From Eledone cirrhosa (lineage: Eukaryota): DNA of 64,000 nt. Below, piece by piece: positions 15,001 through 29,836 of this stretch. The stretch is from assembly GCA_964016885.1 (NCBI GenBank), contig OZ024741.1:16926001-16990000 (forward strand). The letters run 5' to 3'. Numbering within the stretch: the first letter of the stretch is position 1; every line of letters begins with the position of its first letter. The notes under the pieces are model-generated. The model was not told the DNA's origin. It did not search any database and worked only from the letters and a program-made list of their open reading frames with translations. The position numbers and the translations under genes were made by a program.

Positions 15001-18000
15001 CTCCCAGTCCTTCTTAATTACCTGTCCATCCTTACTCCCAGTCCTTCCTAATTACCTGTCCCCCCTTACTCCCAGTCCTTCCTAATTACCTGTCCATCCT
15101 TACTCCCAGTCCTTCCTAATTAACTGTCCATCCTTACTCCCACTCCTTCCTAATTACCTGTCTATCCTTCCTCCCAGTCCTTCCTAATTACCTGTCAATC
15201 CTTACTCCCAGTCCTTCCTAATTACCTGTCTATCCTTACTCCCAGTCCTTCCTAATTACCTGTCCATCCTTACTCCCAGTCCTTCCTAATTACCTGTCTA
15301 TCCTTATTCCCAGTCCTTCCTAATTACCTGTCAATCCTTACTCCCATTCCTTCCTAATTACCTGTCTATCCTTACTCCCAGTCCTTCCTAATTACCTGTC
15401 CATTCTTACTCTCAGTCCTTCCTAATTACCTGTCCATCCTTACTCCCAGTCCTTCTTAATTACCTGTCTATCCTTACTCCCAGTCCTTCCTAATTACCTG
15501 TCAATCCTTACTCCCAGTCCTTCCTAATTACCTGTCTATTCTTACTCCCAGTCCTCCCTAATTACCTGTCCGTTCTTACTCTCAGTCCTTCCTAATTACC
15601 TGTCCATCCTTACTCCCAGTCCTTCCTAATTACCTGTCCGTCCTTACTCCCAGTCCTTCCTAATTACCTGTCCATCCTTACTCCCAGTCCTTCCTAATTA
15701 GCTGTCCATCCTTACTCCCAGTCCTTCCTAATTACCTGTCTATCCTGACTCCCAGTCCTTCCTAATTACCTGTCCATCCTTACGCCCAGTCCTTCCTAAT
15801 TACCTGTCAATCTTTACTCCCAGTCCGTCCTAATTACCTGTCCATCCTTACTCTCAGTCCTTCCTAATTACCTGTCTATCCTTACTCTCAGTCCTTCCTA
15901 ATTACCTGTCTATCCTTACTCACAGTCCTTCCTAATTACCTGTCAATCCTTACTCCCAGTCCTTCCTAATTACCTGTCCATCCTTACTCTCAGTCCTTCC
16001 TAATTACCTGTCTATCCTTATTCCCAGTCCTTCCTAATTACCTGTCCATCCTTACTCCCAGTCCTTCTTAATTACCTGTCTATCCATACTCCCAGTCCTT
16101 CCTAATTACCTGTCTATCCTGACTCCCAGTCCTTCCTAATTACCTGTCAATCCTTACTCCCAGTCCTTCCTAATTACTTGTCTATCCTTACACACAGTGC
16201 TTCCTAATTACCTGTCCATCCTTACTCCCAGTCCTTCCTAATTACCTGTCTATCCTTACTCCCAGTCCTTCCTAATTACCTGTCTATCCTGACTCCCAGT
16301 CCTTCCTAATTACCTGTCAATCCTTACTCCCAGTCCTTCCTAATTGCCTGTCTATCCTTACTCCCAGTCCTTCCTAATTACCTGTCTATCCTTACTCCCA
16401 GTCATTCCTAATTACCTGTCTATCCTTACTCCCAGTCCTTCCTAATTACCTGTCTATCTTTACTCCCAGTCCTTCCTAATTACCTGTCTATCCTTACTCC
16501 CAGTCCTTCCTAATTACCTGTCCATCCTTACTCCCAGTCCGTCCTAATTACCTGTCAATCCTTACTCTCAGCCCTTCCTAATTACCTGTCTATCCTTACT
16601 GCCAGTCATTCCTAATTACTTGTCTATCCTTACACCCAGTGCCTCCTAATTACCTGTCTATCCTTACTCCCAGTCCTTCCTAATTATCTGTCTATCCTTA
16701 CTCCCAGTCCTTCCTAATTACCTGTCCATCATTACTCCCAGTCCTTCCTAATTACCTGTCTATTCTTACTCCCAGTCCTTCCTAATTACCTGTCCATCCT
16801 TACTCCCAGTCCTTCCTAATTAACTGTCCATCCTTACTCCCAGTCCTTCCTAATTACCTGTCTATCCTTCCTCCCAGTCCTTCCTAATTACCTGTCAATC
16901 CTTACTCCCAGTCCTTCCTAATTACCTGTTAATCCTTACTCCCAGTCCTTCTTAATTACCTGTCCATCCTTACTCCCAGTCCTTCCTAATTACCTGTTAA
17001 TCCTTACTCCCAGTCCTTCCTAATTACCTGTCTATCCTTACTCCCAGTCCTTCCTAATTACCTGTCCATCCTTACTCCCAGTCCTTCCTAATTACCTGTC
17101 TATCCTTACTCCCAGTCCTTCCTAATTACCTGTCCATCCTTACTCCCAGTCCTTCTTAATTACCTGTCTATCCTTACTCCCAGTCCTTCCTAATTACCTG
17201 TCAATCCTTACTCCCAGTACTTTCTAATTACCTGTCTATTCTTACTCCCAGTCCTCCCTAATTACCTGTCCGTCCTTACTCTCAGTCCTTCCTAATTACC
17301 TGTCCATCCTTACTCCCAGTCCTTCCTAATTACCTGTCCATCCTTACTCCCAGTCCTTCCTAATTAGCTGTCCATCCTTACTCCCAGTCCTTCCTAATTA
17401 CCTGTCCATCCTTACTCCCAGTCCTTCCTAATTACCTGTCAATCTTTACTCCCAGTCCGTCCTAATTACCTGTCCATCCTTACTCTCAGTCCTTCCTAAT
17501 TACCTGTCTATCCTTACTCCCAGTCTTTCCTAATTACCTGTCAATCCTTACTCCCAGTCCTTCCTAATTTCCTGTCCATCCTTACTCTCAGTCCTTCCTA
17601 ATTACCTGTCTATCCTTACTCTCAGTCCTTCCTAATTACCTGTCTATCCTTACTCCCAGTCCTTCCTAATTACCTGTCAATCCTTACTCCCAGTCCTTCT
17701 TAATTACCTGTCTATCCTTACTCCCAGTCGTTCCTAATTTCCTGTCCATCCTTACTCCCAGTCCTTCCTAATTACCTGTCTATCCTTACCCCAGTCCTTC
17801 CTAATTACCTGTCAATCCTTACTCCCAGTCCTTTCTAATTACCTGTCCATCCTTACTCCCAGCCCTTCCTAATTACCTGTATATCCTTACTCACAGTCCT
17901 TCCTAATTACCTGTCTATCTTTACTCCCAGTCCTTCCTAATTGCCTGTCTATCCTTACTCCCAGTCCTTGCTAATTACCTGTCCATCCTTACACCCAGTC

Positions 18001-21000
18001 CTTCCTACTTAACTGTCTATCCTTAGTCCGAGTCCTTCCTAATTACCTGTCTATCTTTACTCCCAGTCCTTCCTAATTACCTGTATATCCTTAATCCCAG
18101 TCCTTCCTAATTACCTATCCATCCTTACCTCCAATCCTTCCTAATTACCTGTCTATCCTTACTCCCAGTTCTTCCTAATTACCTGTCTATCCTTACTCCC
18201 AGTCCGTCCTAATTACCTGTCAATCCTTACTCCCTGTACTTCCTAATTACCTGTCTATCCTTACTCCCAGTCCTTCCTAATTACCTGTCCGTCCTTACTC
18301 CCAGTCCTTCCTAATTTCCTGTCCATCCTTACTCCCAGTCCTTCGTAATTAGCTGTCCATCCTTACTCCCAGTCCTTCCTTATTATCTGTCTATCCTTAC
18401 TCCCAGTCCTTCCTAATTACCTGTCCATCCTTACTGCCAGTCCTTCCTAATTAGCTGTCAATCTTTACTCCCAGTCCTTCCTAATTACCTGTCCATGCTT
18501 ACTCCCAGTCCGTCCTAATTACCTGTCAATCCTTACTCCCAGTCCTTTCTAATTACCTGTCTATTCTTACTCCCAGTCCTCCCTAATTACCTGTCCGTCC
18601 TTACTCTCAGTCCTTCCTAATTACCTGTCCATCCTTACTCCCAGACCTTCCTAATTACCTGTCCATCCTTACTCCCAGTCCTTCCTAATTAGCTGTCCAT
18701 CCTTACTCCCAGTCCTTCCTAATTACCTGTCAATCTTTACTCCCAGTCCGTCCTAATTACCTGTCCATCCTTACTCTCAGTCCTTCCTAATTACCTGTCT
18801 ATCCTTACTCCCAGTCTTTCCTAATTACCTGTCAATCCTTACTCCCAGTCCTTCCTAATTTCCTGTCCATCCTTACTCTCAGTCCTTCCTAATTACCTGT
18901 CTATCCTTACTCTCAGTCCTTCCTAATTACCTGTCTATCCTTACTCCCAGTCCTTCCTAATTACCTGTCAATCCTTACTCCCAGTCCTTCTTAATTACCT
19001 GTCTATCCTTACTCCCATCGTTCCTAATTTCCTGTCCATCCTTACTCCCAGTCCTTCCTAATTACCTGTCCATCCTTACTCACAGTCCTTCCTAATTACC
19101 TGTCTATCCTTACGCAAGTCATTCCTAATTACCTGTCAATCCTTACTCCCAGTCCTTCCTAATTACCTGTCCATCCTTACTCCCAGCCCTTCCTAATTAC
19201 CTGTATATCCTTACTCACAGTCCTTCCTAATTACCTGTCTATCTTTACTCCCAGTCCTTCCTAATTGCCTGTCTATCCTTACTCCCAGTCCTTCCTAATT
19301 ACCTGTCCATCCTTACTCCCAGTCCTTCCTACTTACCTGTCTATCCTTAATCCCAGTCCTTCCTAATTACCTGTCTATCTTTACTCCCAGTCCTTCCTAA
19401 TTACCTGTCTATCCTTAATCCCAGTCCTTCCTAATTACCTATCCATCCTTACCTCCAATCCTTCCTAATTACCTGTCTATCCTTACTCCCAGTCCTTTCT
19501 AATTACCTGTCTATCCTTACTCCCAGTCCGTCCTAATTACCTGTCAATCCTTACTCCCTGTACTTCCTAATTACCTGTCTATCCTTACTCCCAGTCCTTC
19601 CTAATTACCTGTCCGTCCTTACTCCCAGTCCTTCCTAATTACCTGTCCATCCTTACTCCCAGTCCTTCGTAATTAGCTGTCCATCCTTACTCCCAGTCCT
19701 TCCTAATTATCTGTCTATCCTTACTCCCAGTCCTTCCTAATTACCTGTCCATCCTTACTGCCAGTCCTACCTAATTAGCTGTCAATCTTTACTCCCAGTC
19801 CTTCCTAATTACCTGTCCATCCTTACTCATAGTCCGTCCTAATTACCTGTCCATCCTTACTCTCAGCCCTTCCTAATTACCTGTCTATCCTTACTCCCAG
19901 TCATTCCTAATTACTTGTCTATCCTTACACCCAGTGCTTCCTAATTACCTGTCTATCCTTACTCCCAGTCCTTCTTAATTACCTGTCCATCCTTACTCCC
20001 AGTCCTTCCTAATTACCTGTCTATCCTTACTCCCAGTCCTTCCTAATTACCTGTCCATCCTTACTCCCTGTCCTTCCTAATTACCTGTCAATCCTTACTC
20101 CCAGTCCTTCTTAATTACCTGTCCATCCATACTCCCAGTCCTTCCTAATTACCTGTCTATCATTACTCCCAGTCCTTCCTAATTACCTGTTAATCTTTAC
20201 TCCCAGTCCTTCTTAATTACCTGTCCATCCTTACTCCCAGTCCTTCCTAATTACCTGTCCCCCCTTACTCCCAGTCCTTCCTAATTACCTGTCCATCCTT
20301 ACTCCCAGTCCTTCCTAATTAACTGTCCATCCTTACTCCCACTCCTTCCTAATTACCTGTCTATCCTTCCTCCCAGTCCTTCCTAATTACCTGTCAATCC
20401 TTACTCCCAGTCCTTCCTAATTACCTGTTAATCCTTACTCCCAGTCCTTCTTAATTACCTGTCCATCCTTACTCCCAGTCCTTCCTAATTACCTGTTAAT
20501 CCTTACTCCCAGTCCTTCCTAATTACCTGTCCATCCTTACTGCCAGTCCTTCCTAATTACCTGTCTATCCTTACTCCCAGTCCTTCCTAATTACCTGTCC
20601 ATCCTTACTCCCAGTCCTTCCTAATTACCTGTCTATCCTTATTCCCAGTCCTTCATAATTACCTGTCAATCCTTACTCCCATTCCTTCCTAATTACCTGT
20701 CTATCCTTACTCCCAGTCAGTCCTAATTACCTGTCCATTCTTACTCTCAGTCCTTCCTAATTACCTGTCCATCCTTACTCCCAGTCCTTCTTAATTACCT
20801 GTCCATCCTTACTCCCAGTCCTTCCTAATTACCTGTCAATCCTTACTCCCAGTCCTTCCTAATTACCTGTCTATTCTTACTCCCAGTCCTCCCTAATTAC
20901 CTGTCCGTCCTTACTCTCAGTCTTTCCTAATTACCTGTCCATCCTTACTCCCAGTCCTTCCTAATTACCTGTCCGTCCTTACTCCCAGTCCTTCCTAATT

Positions 21001-24000
21001 ACCTGTCCATCCTTACTCCCAGTCCTTCCTAATTAGCTGTCCATCCTTACTCCCAGTCCTTCCTAATTACCTGTCTATCCTGACTCCCAGTCCTTCCTAA
21101 TTACCTGTCCATCCTTACTCCCAGTCCTTCCTAATTACCTGTCAATCTTTACTCCCAGTCCGTCCTAATTACCTGTCCATCCTTACTCTCAGTCCTTCCT
21201 AATTACCTGTCTATCCTTACTCTCAGTCCTTCCTAATTACCTGTCTATCCTTACTCCCAGTCTTTCCTAATTACCTGTCAATCCTTACTCCCAGTCCTTC
21301 CTAATTTCCTGTCCATCCTTACTCCCAGTCCTTCCTAATTATCTGTCCATCCTTACTCCCAGTCCTTCCTAATTACCTAGCTATCCTTACTCCCAGCCCT
21401 TCCTAATTACTTGTCTATCCTTACTCCCAGTCCTTCCTAATTACCTGTCTATCCTTACTCCCAGTCCTTCCTAATTACCTGTCTATCTTTACTCCCAGTC
21501 CTTCCTAATTACCTGTCTATCCTTAATCCCAGTCCTTCCTAATTACCTATACATCCTTACTCCCAATCCTTCCTAATTACCTGTCTATCCTTACTCACAG
21601 TCCTTCCTAATTACCTGTCTATCCTTACTCCCAGTCCTTCCTAATTACCTGTCCGTCCTTACTCCCAGTCCTTCCTAATTACCTGTCCATCCTTACTCCC
21701 AGTCCTTCGTAATTAGCTGTCCATCCTTACTCCCAGTCCTTCCTAATTACCTGTCCATCCTTACTCCCAGTCCGTCCTAATTACCTGTCAATCCTTACTC
21801 TCAGCCCTTCCTAATTACCTGTCTATCCTTACTGCCAGTCATTCCTAATTACTTGTCTATCCTTACACCCAGTGCTTCCTAATTACCTGTCTATCCTTAC
21901 TCCCAGTCCTTCCTAATTATCTGTCTATCCTTACTCCCAGTCCTTCCTAATTACCTGTCCATCATTACTCCCAGTCCTTCCTAATTACCTGTCTATTCTT
22001 ACTCCCAGTCCTTCCTAATTACCTGTCTATCCTTCCTCCCAGTCCTTCCTAATTACCTGTCAATCCTTACTCCCAGTCCTTCCTAATTACCTGTTAATCC
22101 TTACTCCCAGTCCTTCTTAATTACCTGTCCATCCTTACTCCCAGTCCTTCCTAATTACCTGTTAATCCTTACTCCCAGTCCTTCCTAATTACCTGTCTAT
22201 CCTTACTCCCAGTCCTTCCTAATTATCTGTCCATCCTTACTGCCAGTCCTTCCTAATTACCTGTCCATCCTTACTCCCAGTCCTTCCTAATTACCTGTCC
22301 ATTCTTACTCTCAGTCCTTCCTAATTACCTGTCTACCCTTACTCTCAGTCTTTCCTAATTACCTGTCTATCCTTACTCCCAGTCTTTCCTAATTACCTGT
22401 CAATCCTTACTCCCAGTCCTTCCTAATTACCTGTCCATCCTTACTCCCAGTCCTTCCTAATTACCTGTCTATCCTTACTCCCATTCCTTCCTAATTACCT
22501 GTCCATCCTTACTCCCAGTCCTTCTTAATTACCTGTCTATCATTACTCCCAGTCCTTCCTAATTACCTGTCAATCCTTACTCCCAGTCCTTTCTAATTAC
22601 CTGTCTATTCTTACTCCCAGTCCTCCCTAATTACCTGTCCGTCCTTACTCTCAGTCCTTCCTAATTACCTGTCAATCCTTACTCCCAGTCCTTCCTAATT
22701 ACCTGTCCATCCTTACTCCCAGTCCTTCCTAATTACCTGTCAATCTTTACTCCCAGTCCGTCCTAATTACCTGTCCATCCTTACTCTCAGTCCTTCGTAA
22801 TTACCTGTCTATCTTTACTCCCAGTCTTTCCTAATTACCTGTCAATCCTTACTCCCAGTCCTTCCTAATTTCCTGTCCATCCTTACTCTCAGTCCTTCCT
22901 AATTACCTGTCTATCCTTACTCTCAGTCCTTCCTAATTACCTGTCTATCCTTACTCCCAGTCCTTCCTAATTACCTGTCAATCCTTACTCCCAGTCCTTC
23001 TTAATTACCTGTCTATCCTTACTCCCAGTCGTTCCTAATTTCCTGTCCATCCTTACTCCCAGTCCTTCCTAATTACCTGTCCATCCTTACTCCCAGTCCT
23101 TCCTAATTACCTGTCTATCCTTACCCCAGTCCTTCCTAATTACCTGTCAATCCTTACTCCCAGTCCTTCCTAATTACCTGTCCATCCTTACTCCCAGCCC
23201 TTCCTAATTACCTGTATATCCTTACTCACAGTCCTTCCTAATTACCTGTCTATCTTTACTCCCAGTCCTTCCTAATTGCCTGTCTATCCTTACTCCCAGT
23301 CCTTCCTAATTACCTGTCCATCCTTACTCCCAGTCCTTCCTACTTACATGTCTATCCTTACTCCCAGTCCTTCCTAATTACCTGTCTATCTTTACTCCCA
23401 GTCCTTCCTAATTACCTGTCCATCCTTAATCCCAGTCCTTCCTAATTACCTATCCATCCTTACCTCCAATCCTTCCTAATTACCTGTCTATCCTTACTCC
23501 CAGTCCTTCCTAATTACCTGTCTATCCTTACTCCCAGTCCGTCCTAATTACCTGTCAATCCTTACTCCCTGTACTTCCTAATTACCTGTCTATCCTCACT
23601 CCCAGTCCTTGCTAATTACCTGTCCGTCCTTACTCCCAGTCCTTCCTAATTACCTGTCCATCCTTACTCCCAGTCCTTCGTAATTAGCTGTCCATCCTTA
23701 CTCCCAGTCCTTCCTAATTATCTGTCTATCCTTACTCCCAGTCCTTCCTAATTACCTGTCCATCCTTACTGCCAGTCCTTCCTAATTAGCTGTCAATCTT
23801 TACTCCCAGTCCTTCCTAATTACCTGTCCATCCTTACTCCCAGTCCGTCCTAATTACCTGTCAATCCTTACTCCCAGTCCTTTCTAATTACCTGTCTATT
23901 CTTACTCCCAGTCCTCCCTAATTACCTGTCCGTCCTTACTCTCAGTCCTTCCTAATTACCTGTCCATCCTTACTCCCAGTCCTTCCTAATTACCTGTCCA

Positions 24001-27000
24001 TCCTTACTCCCAGTCCTTCCTAATTAGCTGTCCATCCTTACTCCCAGTCCTTCCTAATTACCTGTCCATCCTTACTCCCAGTCCTTCCTAATTACCTGTC
24101 AATCTTTACTCCCAGTCCGTCCTAATTACCTGTCCATCCTTACTCTCAGTCCTTCCTAATTACCTGTCTATCCTTACTCCCAGTCTTTCCTAATTACCTG
24201 TCAATCCTTACTCCCAGTCCTTCCTAATTTCCTGTCCATCCTTACTCTCAGTCCTTCCTAATTACCTGTCTATCCTTACTCTCAGTCCTTCCTAATTACC
24301 TGTCTATCCTTACTCCCAGTCCTTCCTAATTACCTGTCAATCCTTACTCCCAGTCCTTCTTAATTACCTGTCTATCCTTACTCCCAGTCCTTCCTAATTT
24401 CCTGTCCATCCTTACTCCCAGTCCTTCCTAATTACCTGTCCATCCTTACTCCCGGTCCTTCCTAATTACCTGTCTATCCTTACCCCAGTCCTTCCTAATT
24501 ACCTGTCAATCCTTACTCCCAGTCCTTCCTAATTAGCTGTCCATCCTTACTCCCAGCCCTTCCTAATTACCTGTATATCCTTACTCACAGTCCTTCCTAA
24601 TTACCTGTCTATCTTTACTCCCAGTCCTTCCTAATTGCCTGTCTATCCTTACTCCCAGTCCTTCCTAATTCCCTGTCCATCCTTACTCCCAGTCCTTCCT
24701 ACTTACCTGTCTATCCTTACTCCCAGTCTTTCCTAATTACCTGTCTATCTTTACTCCCAGTCCTTCCTAATTACCTGTCTATCCTTAATCCCAGTCCTTC
24801 CTAATTACCTATCCATCCTTACCTCCAATCCTTCCTAATTACCTGTCTATCCTTACTCCCAGTCCTTCCTAATTACCTGTCTATCCTTACTCCCAGTCCG
24901 TCCTAATTACCTGTCAATCCTTACTCCCTGTCCTTCGTAATTAGCTGTCCATCCTTACTCCCAGTCCTTCCTAATTATCTGTTTATCCTTACTCCCAGTC
25001 CTTCCTAATTACCTGTCCATCCTTACTGTCAGTCCTTCCTAATTAGCTGTCAATCTTTACTCCCAGTCCTTCCTAATTACCTGTCCATCCTTACTCCCAG
25101 TCCGTCCTAATTACCTGTCCATCCTTACTCTCAGCCCTTCCTAATTACCTGTCTATCCTTACTCCCAGTCATTCCTAATTACTTGTCTATCCTTACACCC
25201 AGTGCTTCCTAATTACCTGTCTATCCTTACTCCCAGTCCTTCTTAATTACCTGTCCATCCTTACTCCCAGTCCTTCCTAATTACCTGTTAATCCTTACTC
25301 CCAGTCCTTCCTAATTACCTGTCTATCCTTACTCCCAGTCCTTCCTAATTACCTGTCCATCCTTACTCCCTGTCCTTCCTAATTACCTGTCAATCCTTAC
25401 TCCCAGTCCTTCTTAATTACCTGTCCATCCATACTCCAAGTCCTTCCTAATTACCTGTCTATCATTACTCCCAGTCCTTCCTAATTACCTGTTAATCTTT
25501 ACTCCCAGTCCTTCTTAATTACCTGTCCATCCTTACTCCCAGTCCTTCCTAATTACCTGTCCCCCTTACTCCCAGTCCTTCCTAATTACCTGTCCATCCT
25601 TACTCCCAGTCCTTCCTAATTAACTGTCCATCCTTACTCCCAGTCCTTCCTAATTACCTGTCTATCCTTCCTCCCAGTCCTTCCTAATTACCTGTCAATC
25701 CTTACTCCCAGTCCTTCCTAATTACCTGTTAATCCTTACTCCCAGTCCTTCTTAATTACCTGTCCATCCTTACTCCCAGTCCTTCCTAATTACCTGTTAA
25801 TCCTTACTCCCAGTCCTTCCTAATTACCTGTCTATCCTTACTCCCAGTCCTTCCTAATTACCTGTCCATCCTTACTGCCAGTCCTTCCTAATTACCTGTC
25901 TATCCTTACTCCCAGTCCTTCATAATTACCTGTCCATCCTTACTCCCAGTCCTTCCTAATTACCTGTCTATCCTTATTCCCAGTCCTTCCTAATTACCTG
26001 TCAATCCTTACTCCCATTCCTTCCTAATTACCTGTCTATCCTTACTCCCAGTCAGTCCTAATTACCTGTCCATTCTTACTCTCAGTCCTTCCTAATTACC
26101 TGTCCATCCTTACTCCCAGTCCTTCTTAATTACCTGTCTATTCTTACTCCCAGTCCTTCCTAATTACCTGTCTATCCTGACTCCCAGTCCTTCCTAATTA
26201 CCTGTCCATCCTTACTCCCAGTCCTTCCTAATTACCTGTCAATCTTTACTCCCAGTCCGTCCTAATTACCTGTCCATCCTTACTCTCAGTCCTTCCTAAT
26301 TACCTGTCTATCCTTACTCTCAGTCCTTCCTAATTACCTGTCTATCCTTACTCCCAGTCTTTCCTAATTACCTGTCAATCCTTACTCCCAGTCCTTCCTA
26401 ATTTCCTGTCCATACTTACTCCCAGTCCTTCCTAATTATCTGTCCATCCTTACTCCCAGTCCTTCCTAATTACCTGTCTATCCTTACTCCCAGCCCTTCC
26501 TAATTACTTGTCTATCCTTACTCCCAGTCCTTCCTAATTACCTGTCAATCCTTACTCCCAGTCCTTCTTAAATACCTGTCTATCCTTACTCCCACTCGTT
26601 CCTAATTTCCTGTCCATCCTTACTCCCAGTCCTTCCTAATTACCTGTTAACCCTTACTCCCAGTCCTTCCTAATTACCTGTCTATCCTTACTCCCAGTCC
26701 TTCCTAATTACCTGTCCATCCTTACTCCCAGTCCTTCCTAATTACCTGTCAATCTTTACTCCCAGTCTTTCCTAATTACCTGTCCGTCCTTACTCCCAGT
26801 CCTTCCTAATTACCTGTCCATCCTTACTCCCAGTCCTTCCTAATTACCTGTCCATCCTTACTCCCAGTCCTTCCTAATTAGCTGTCCATCCTTACTCCCA
26901 GTCCTTCCTAATTACCTGTCTATCCCTACTCCCAGTCCTTCTTAATTACCTGTCCATCCTTACTGCCAGTCCTTCCTAATTACCTGTCTATCCTTACTCC

Positions 27001-28520
27001 CACTCTTTCCTAATTACCTGTCAATCTTTACTCCCAGTCCATCCTAATTACCTGTCCATCCTTACTCTCAGTCCTTCCTAATTACCTGTCTATCCTTACT
27101 CTCAGTCCTTCCTAATTACCTGTCTATCCTTACTCCCAGTCCTTCCTAATTACCTGTCAATCCTTACTCCCAGTCCTTCCTAATTACCTGTCCATCCTTA
27201 CTCTCAGTCCTTCCTAATTACCTGTCTATCCTTACTCCCAGTCCTTCCTAATTACCTGTCCATCCTTACTCCCAGTCCTTCTTAATTACCTGTCTATCCA
27301 TACTCCCAGTCCTTCCTAATTACCTGTCTATCCTGACTCCCAGTCCTTCCTAATTACCTGTCAATCCTTACTCCCAGTCCTTCCTAATTACTTGTCTATC
27401 CTTACACCCAGTGCTTCCTAATTACCTGTCCATCCTTACTCCCAGTCCTTCCTAATTACCTGTCTATCCTTACTCCCAGTCCTTCCTAATTACCTGTCTA
27501 TCCTGACTCCCAGTCCTTCCTAATTACCTGTCAATCCTTACTCCCAGTCCTCCCTAATTACCTGTCCATCCTTACTCCCAGTCCTTCCTAATTACCTGTC
27601 TATCCTTACTCCCAGTCCTTCCTACTTACCTGTCCATCCTTACTCCCGGTCCTTCCTAATTACCTGTCTATCCTTACTCCCAGTCTTTCCTAATTACCTG
27701 TCTATCCTTACTCCCAGTCCTTCCTAATTACCTGTCCATCCTTACTCCCAGTTCTTCCTAATTACCTGTCCATCCTTACTCCCAGTCCTTGCTAATTACC
27801 TGTCTATCCATACTCCCAGTCCTTCCTAATTACCTGTCCATCCTTACTCCCAGTCCTTCCTAATTACCTGTCTATCCTTACTCCCAGTCCTTCCTAATTA
27901 CCTGTCTATCCTGACTCTCAGTCCTTCCTAATTACCTGTCAATCCTTACTCCCAGTCCTTCCTAATTACCTGTCTATCCTTACTCCCAGTCCTTCCTAAT
28001 TACCTGTCAATCCTTACTCCCAGTCCTTCCTACTTACCTGTCCATCCTTACTCCCAGTCCTTCCTAATTACCTGTCAATCCTTACTCCCAGTCCTTCCTA
28101 ATTACCTGTCCATCCTTACTCCCAGTCCTTCCTAATTACCTGTCTATCCTTACTCCCAGTCCTTCCTACTTACCTGTCCATCCTTACTCCCAGTCCTTCC
28201 TACTTACCTGTCCATCCTTACTCCCGGTCCTTCCTAATTACCTGTCTATCCTTACTCCCAGTCCTTCCTAATTACCTGTCCATCCTTACTCCCGGTCCTT
28301 CCTAATTACCTGTCTATCCTTACTCCCAGTCTTTCTCAATTACCTGTCTATCCTTACTCCCAGTTCTTCCTAATTACCTGTCAATCCTTACTTCCAGTCC
28401 TTCCTACTTACCTGTCCATCCTTACTCCGAGTCTTTCTCAATTACCTGTCTATCCTTACTCCCAGTCCTTCCTAATTACCTGTCCATCCTTTCTCCCAGT
28501 CCTTCCTAATTACCTGCCCT
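1..28520. repeat. 34-bp tandem satellite array (~840 monomers, consensus CCAGTCCTTCCTAATTACCTGTCYATCCTTACTC), open at the window start
   Basis: Uninterrupted 34-bp period with point variants and occasional 33-bp units; ends abruptly at ~28520. Confidence 0.98.
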
Positions 28521-28524
28521 TCCT

Positions 28525-29090
28525 AGGACAGGATATCTGGAGATAAGACAGAACATCTGGAGATACGACAGAACATCTGGAGATACAACAGAATATCTGG
28601 AGATACAACATAATATCTGGAGAAACAACAGAATATCTGGAGACAAGACAGTACATCTGGACATACGACAGAATATCTGGAGATAAGACAGAACATCTGG
28701 AGATACAACAGAATATCGGGACATACGACAGAACATCTCGACATACGACAGAATATCTGAAGATAAGACAGAACATCTGGACATAGAATAGAACATCTGG
28801 ACATAGGACAGAACATTTGGACATAAGGCAGAACATCTGGAGATAAATCAAAATATCTGGAGATACAACAGAATATATGGACATACGACAGAATATCTGG
28901 ACATACCCACAGAACATTTGGACATAGGATAGAACATCTGGACAGAGGATAGAACATCTGGACATAGGACATAGGACAGAACATTTGGACATAAGACAGA
29001 ACATATGGAGATAAGTCAGAACATCTGGAGATAAAACATACAACAGAACATCTGAAGATAAGACAGAACATCTGGAGATACGATATATGA
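28525..29090. repeat. 20-bp minisatellite (CTGGAGATACGACAGAAYAT-like)
   Basis: Diverged tandem 20-mers directly abutting the satellite end. Confidence 0.92.
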
Positions 29091-29149
29091 CATAGTTTCT
29101 GAAAATAAGACGTGGCTGTTCTTATGACTGACGAAACCCATGTCAATCT

Positions 29150-29215
29150 GTGGTCAACTTTGTTTTTCATCCCCTGAGATAAGATAAAGTACCAGTTAAG
29201 TAATGGGGTCGATTT
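29150..29215 (+). mobile_element. SINE fragment (same core as the 44/61 kb SINEs)
   Basis: GGTCAACTTTG...GATAAAGTACCAGT...GGGGTCGAT matches the core of the full copy at 61108-61298. Confidence 0.65.
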
Positions 29216-29284
29216 AACAGTTTTCATACCAAAACACCCCTGATTCTAGCATAAACGATGATTTACAAGTGTAGTGATTGTATT

Positions 29285-29435
29285 TTTCATGGCACCAGCA
29301 CTAAAAGAGCTGCCAAAGCCGTAAAGTGACTGCAGAGACCACATGATACTTAGCATTCTACAACTGCTTTTCTTAACAACCAACCACTTTACAGAGTGTA
29401 CTTGGTGCACGTTATCGTGACACCAGCACTTGGCA
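29285..29435 (-). mobile_element. Degenerate SINE/retroposon fragment
   Basis: CCAACCACTTTACAGAGTGTACTTGGTGC...CACCAGCAC resembles an abundant octopus interspersed repeat; recognised from memory, not verified. Confidence 0.4.
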
Positions 29436-29778
29436 AGTTGTCGGTCATTGACTTAACTCAAGAGTGTTCTCAACCCGATGGAGTGGAGGGATGATAACTT
29501 GTGTTATAATGTGTGTGTGTATGCGTGTATATAAGTGTGTGTATGCGTGTATATAAGTGTGTGTATGCGTGTATATAAGTGTGTGTATGTTTGGGAGGAA
29601 CAATGGACATCGTTTGAATGACATTATTTTCAAGAGACTAAATTAACATTTACTTATGAGTTATATGTTTATATATAGCACACATTGTTCTTAAGACGAT
29701 AAAGGTTGGTAACATCCTATATATGTTACCATTGTATTTAGTTAAAAATATATACAGATTTTCGTGCAGGATCCACCC

Positions 29779-29836
<58 letters not shown>

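Noticed and set aside
1-28520. CRISPR-like or telomeric array
   Set aside because: No unique spacers; TTAGG occurs once per 34-mer, not as a tandem telomeric repeat.
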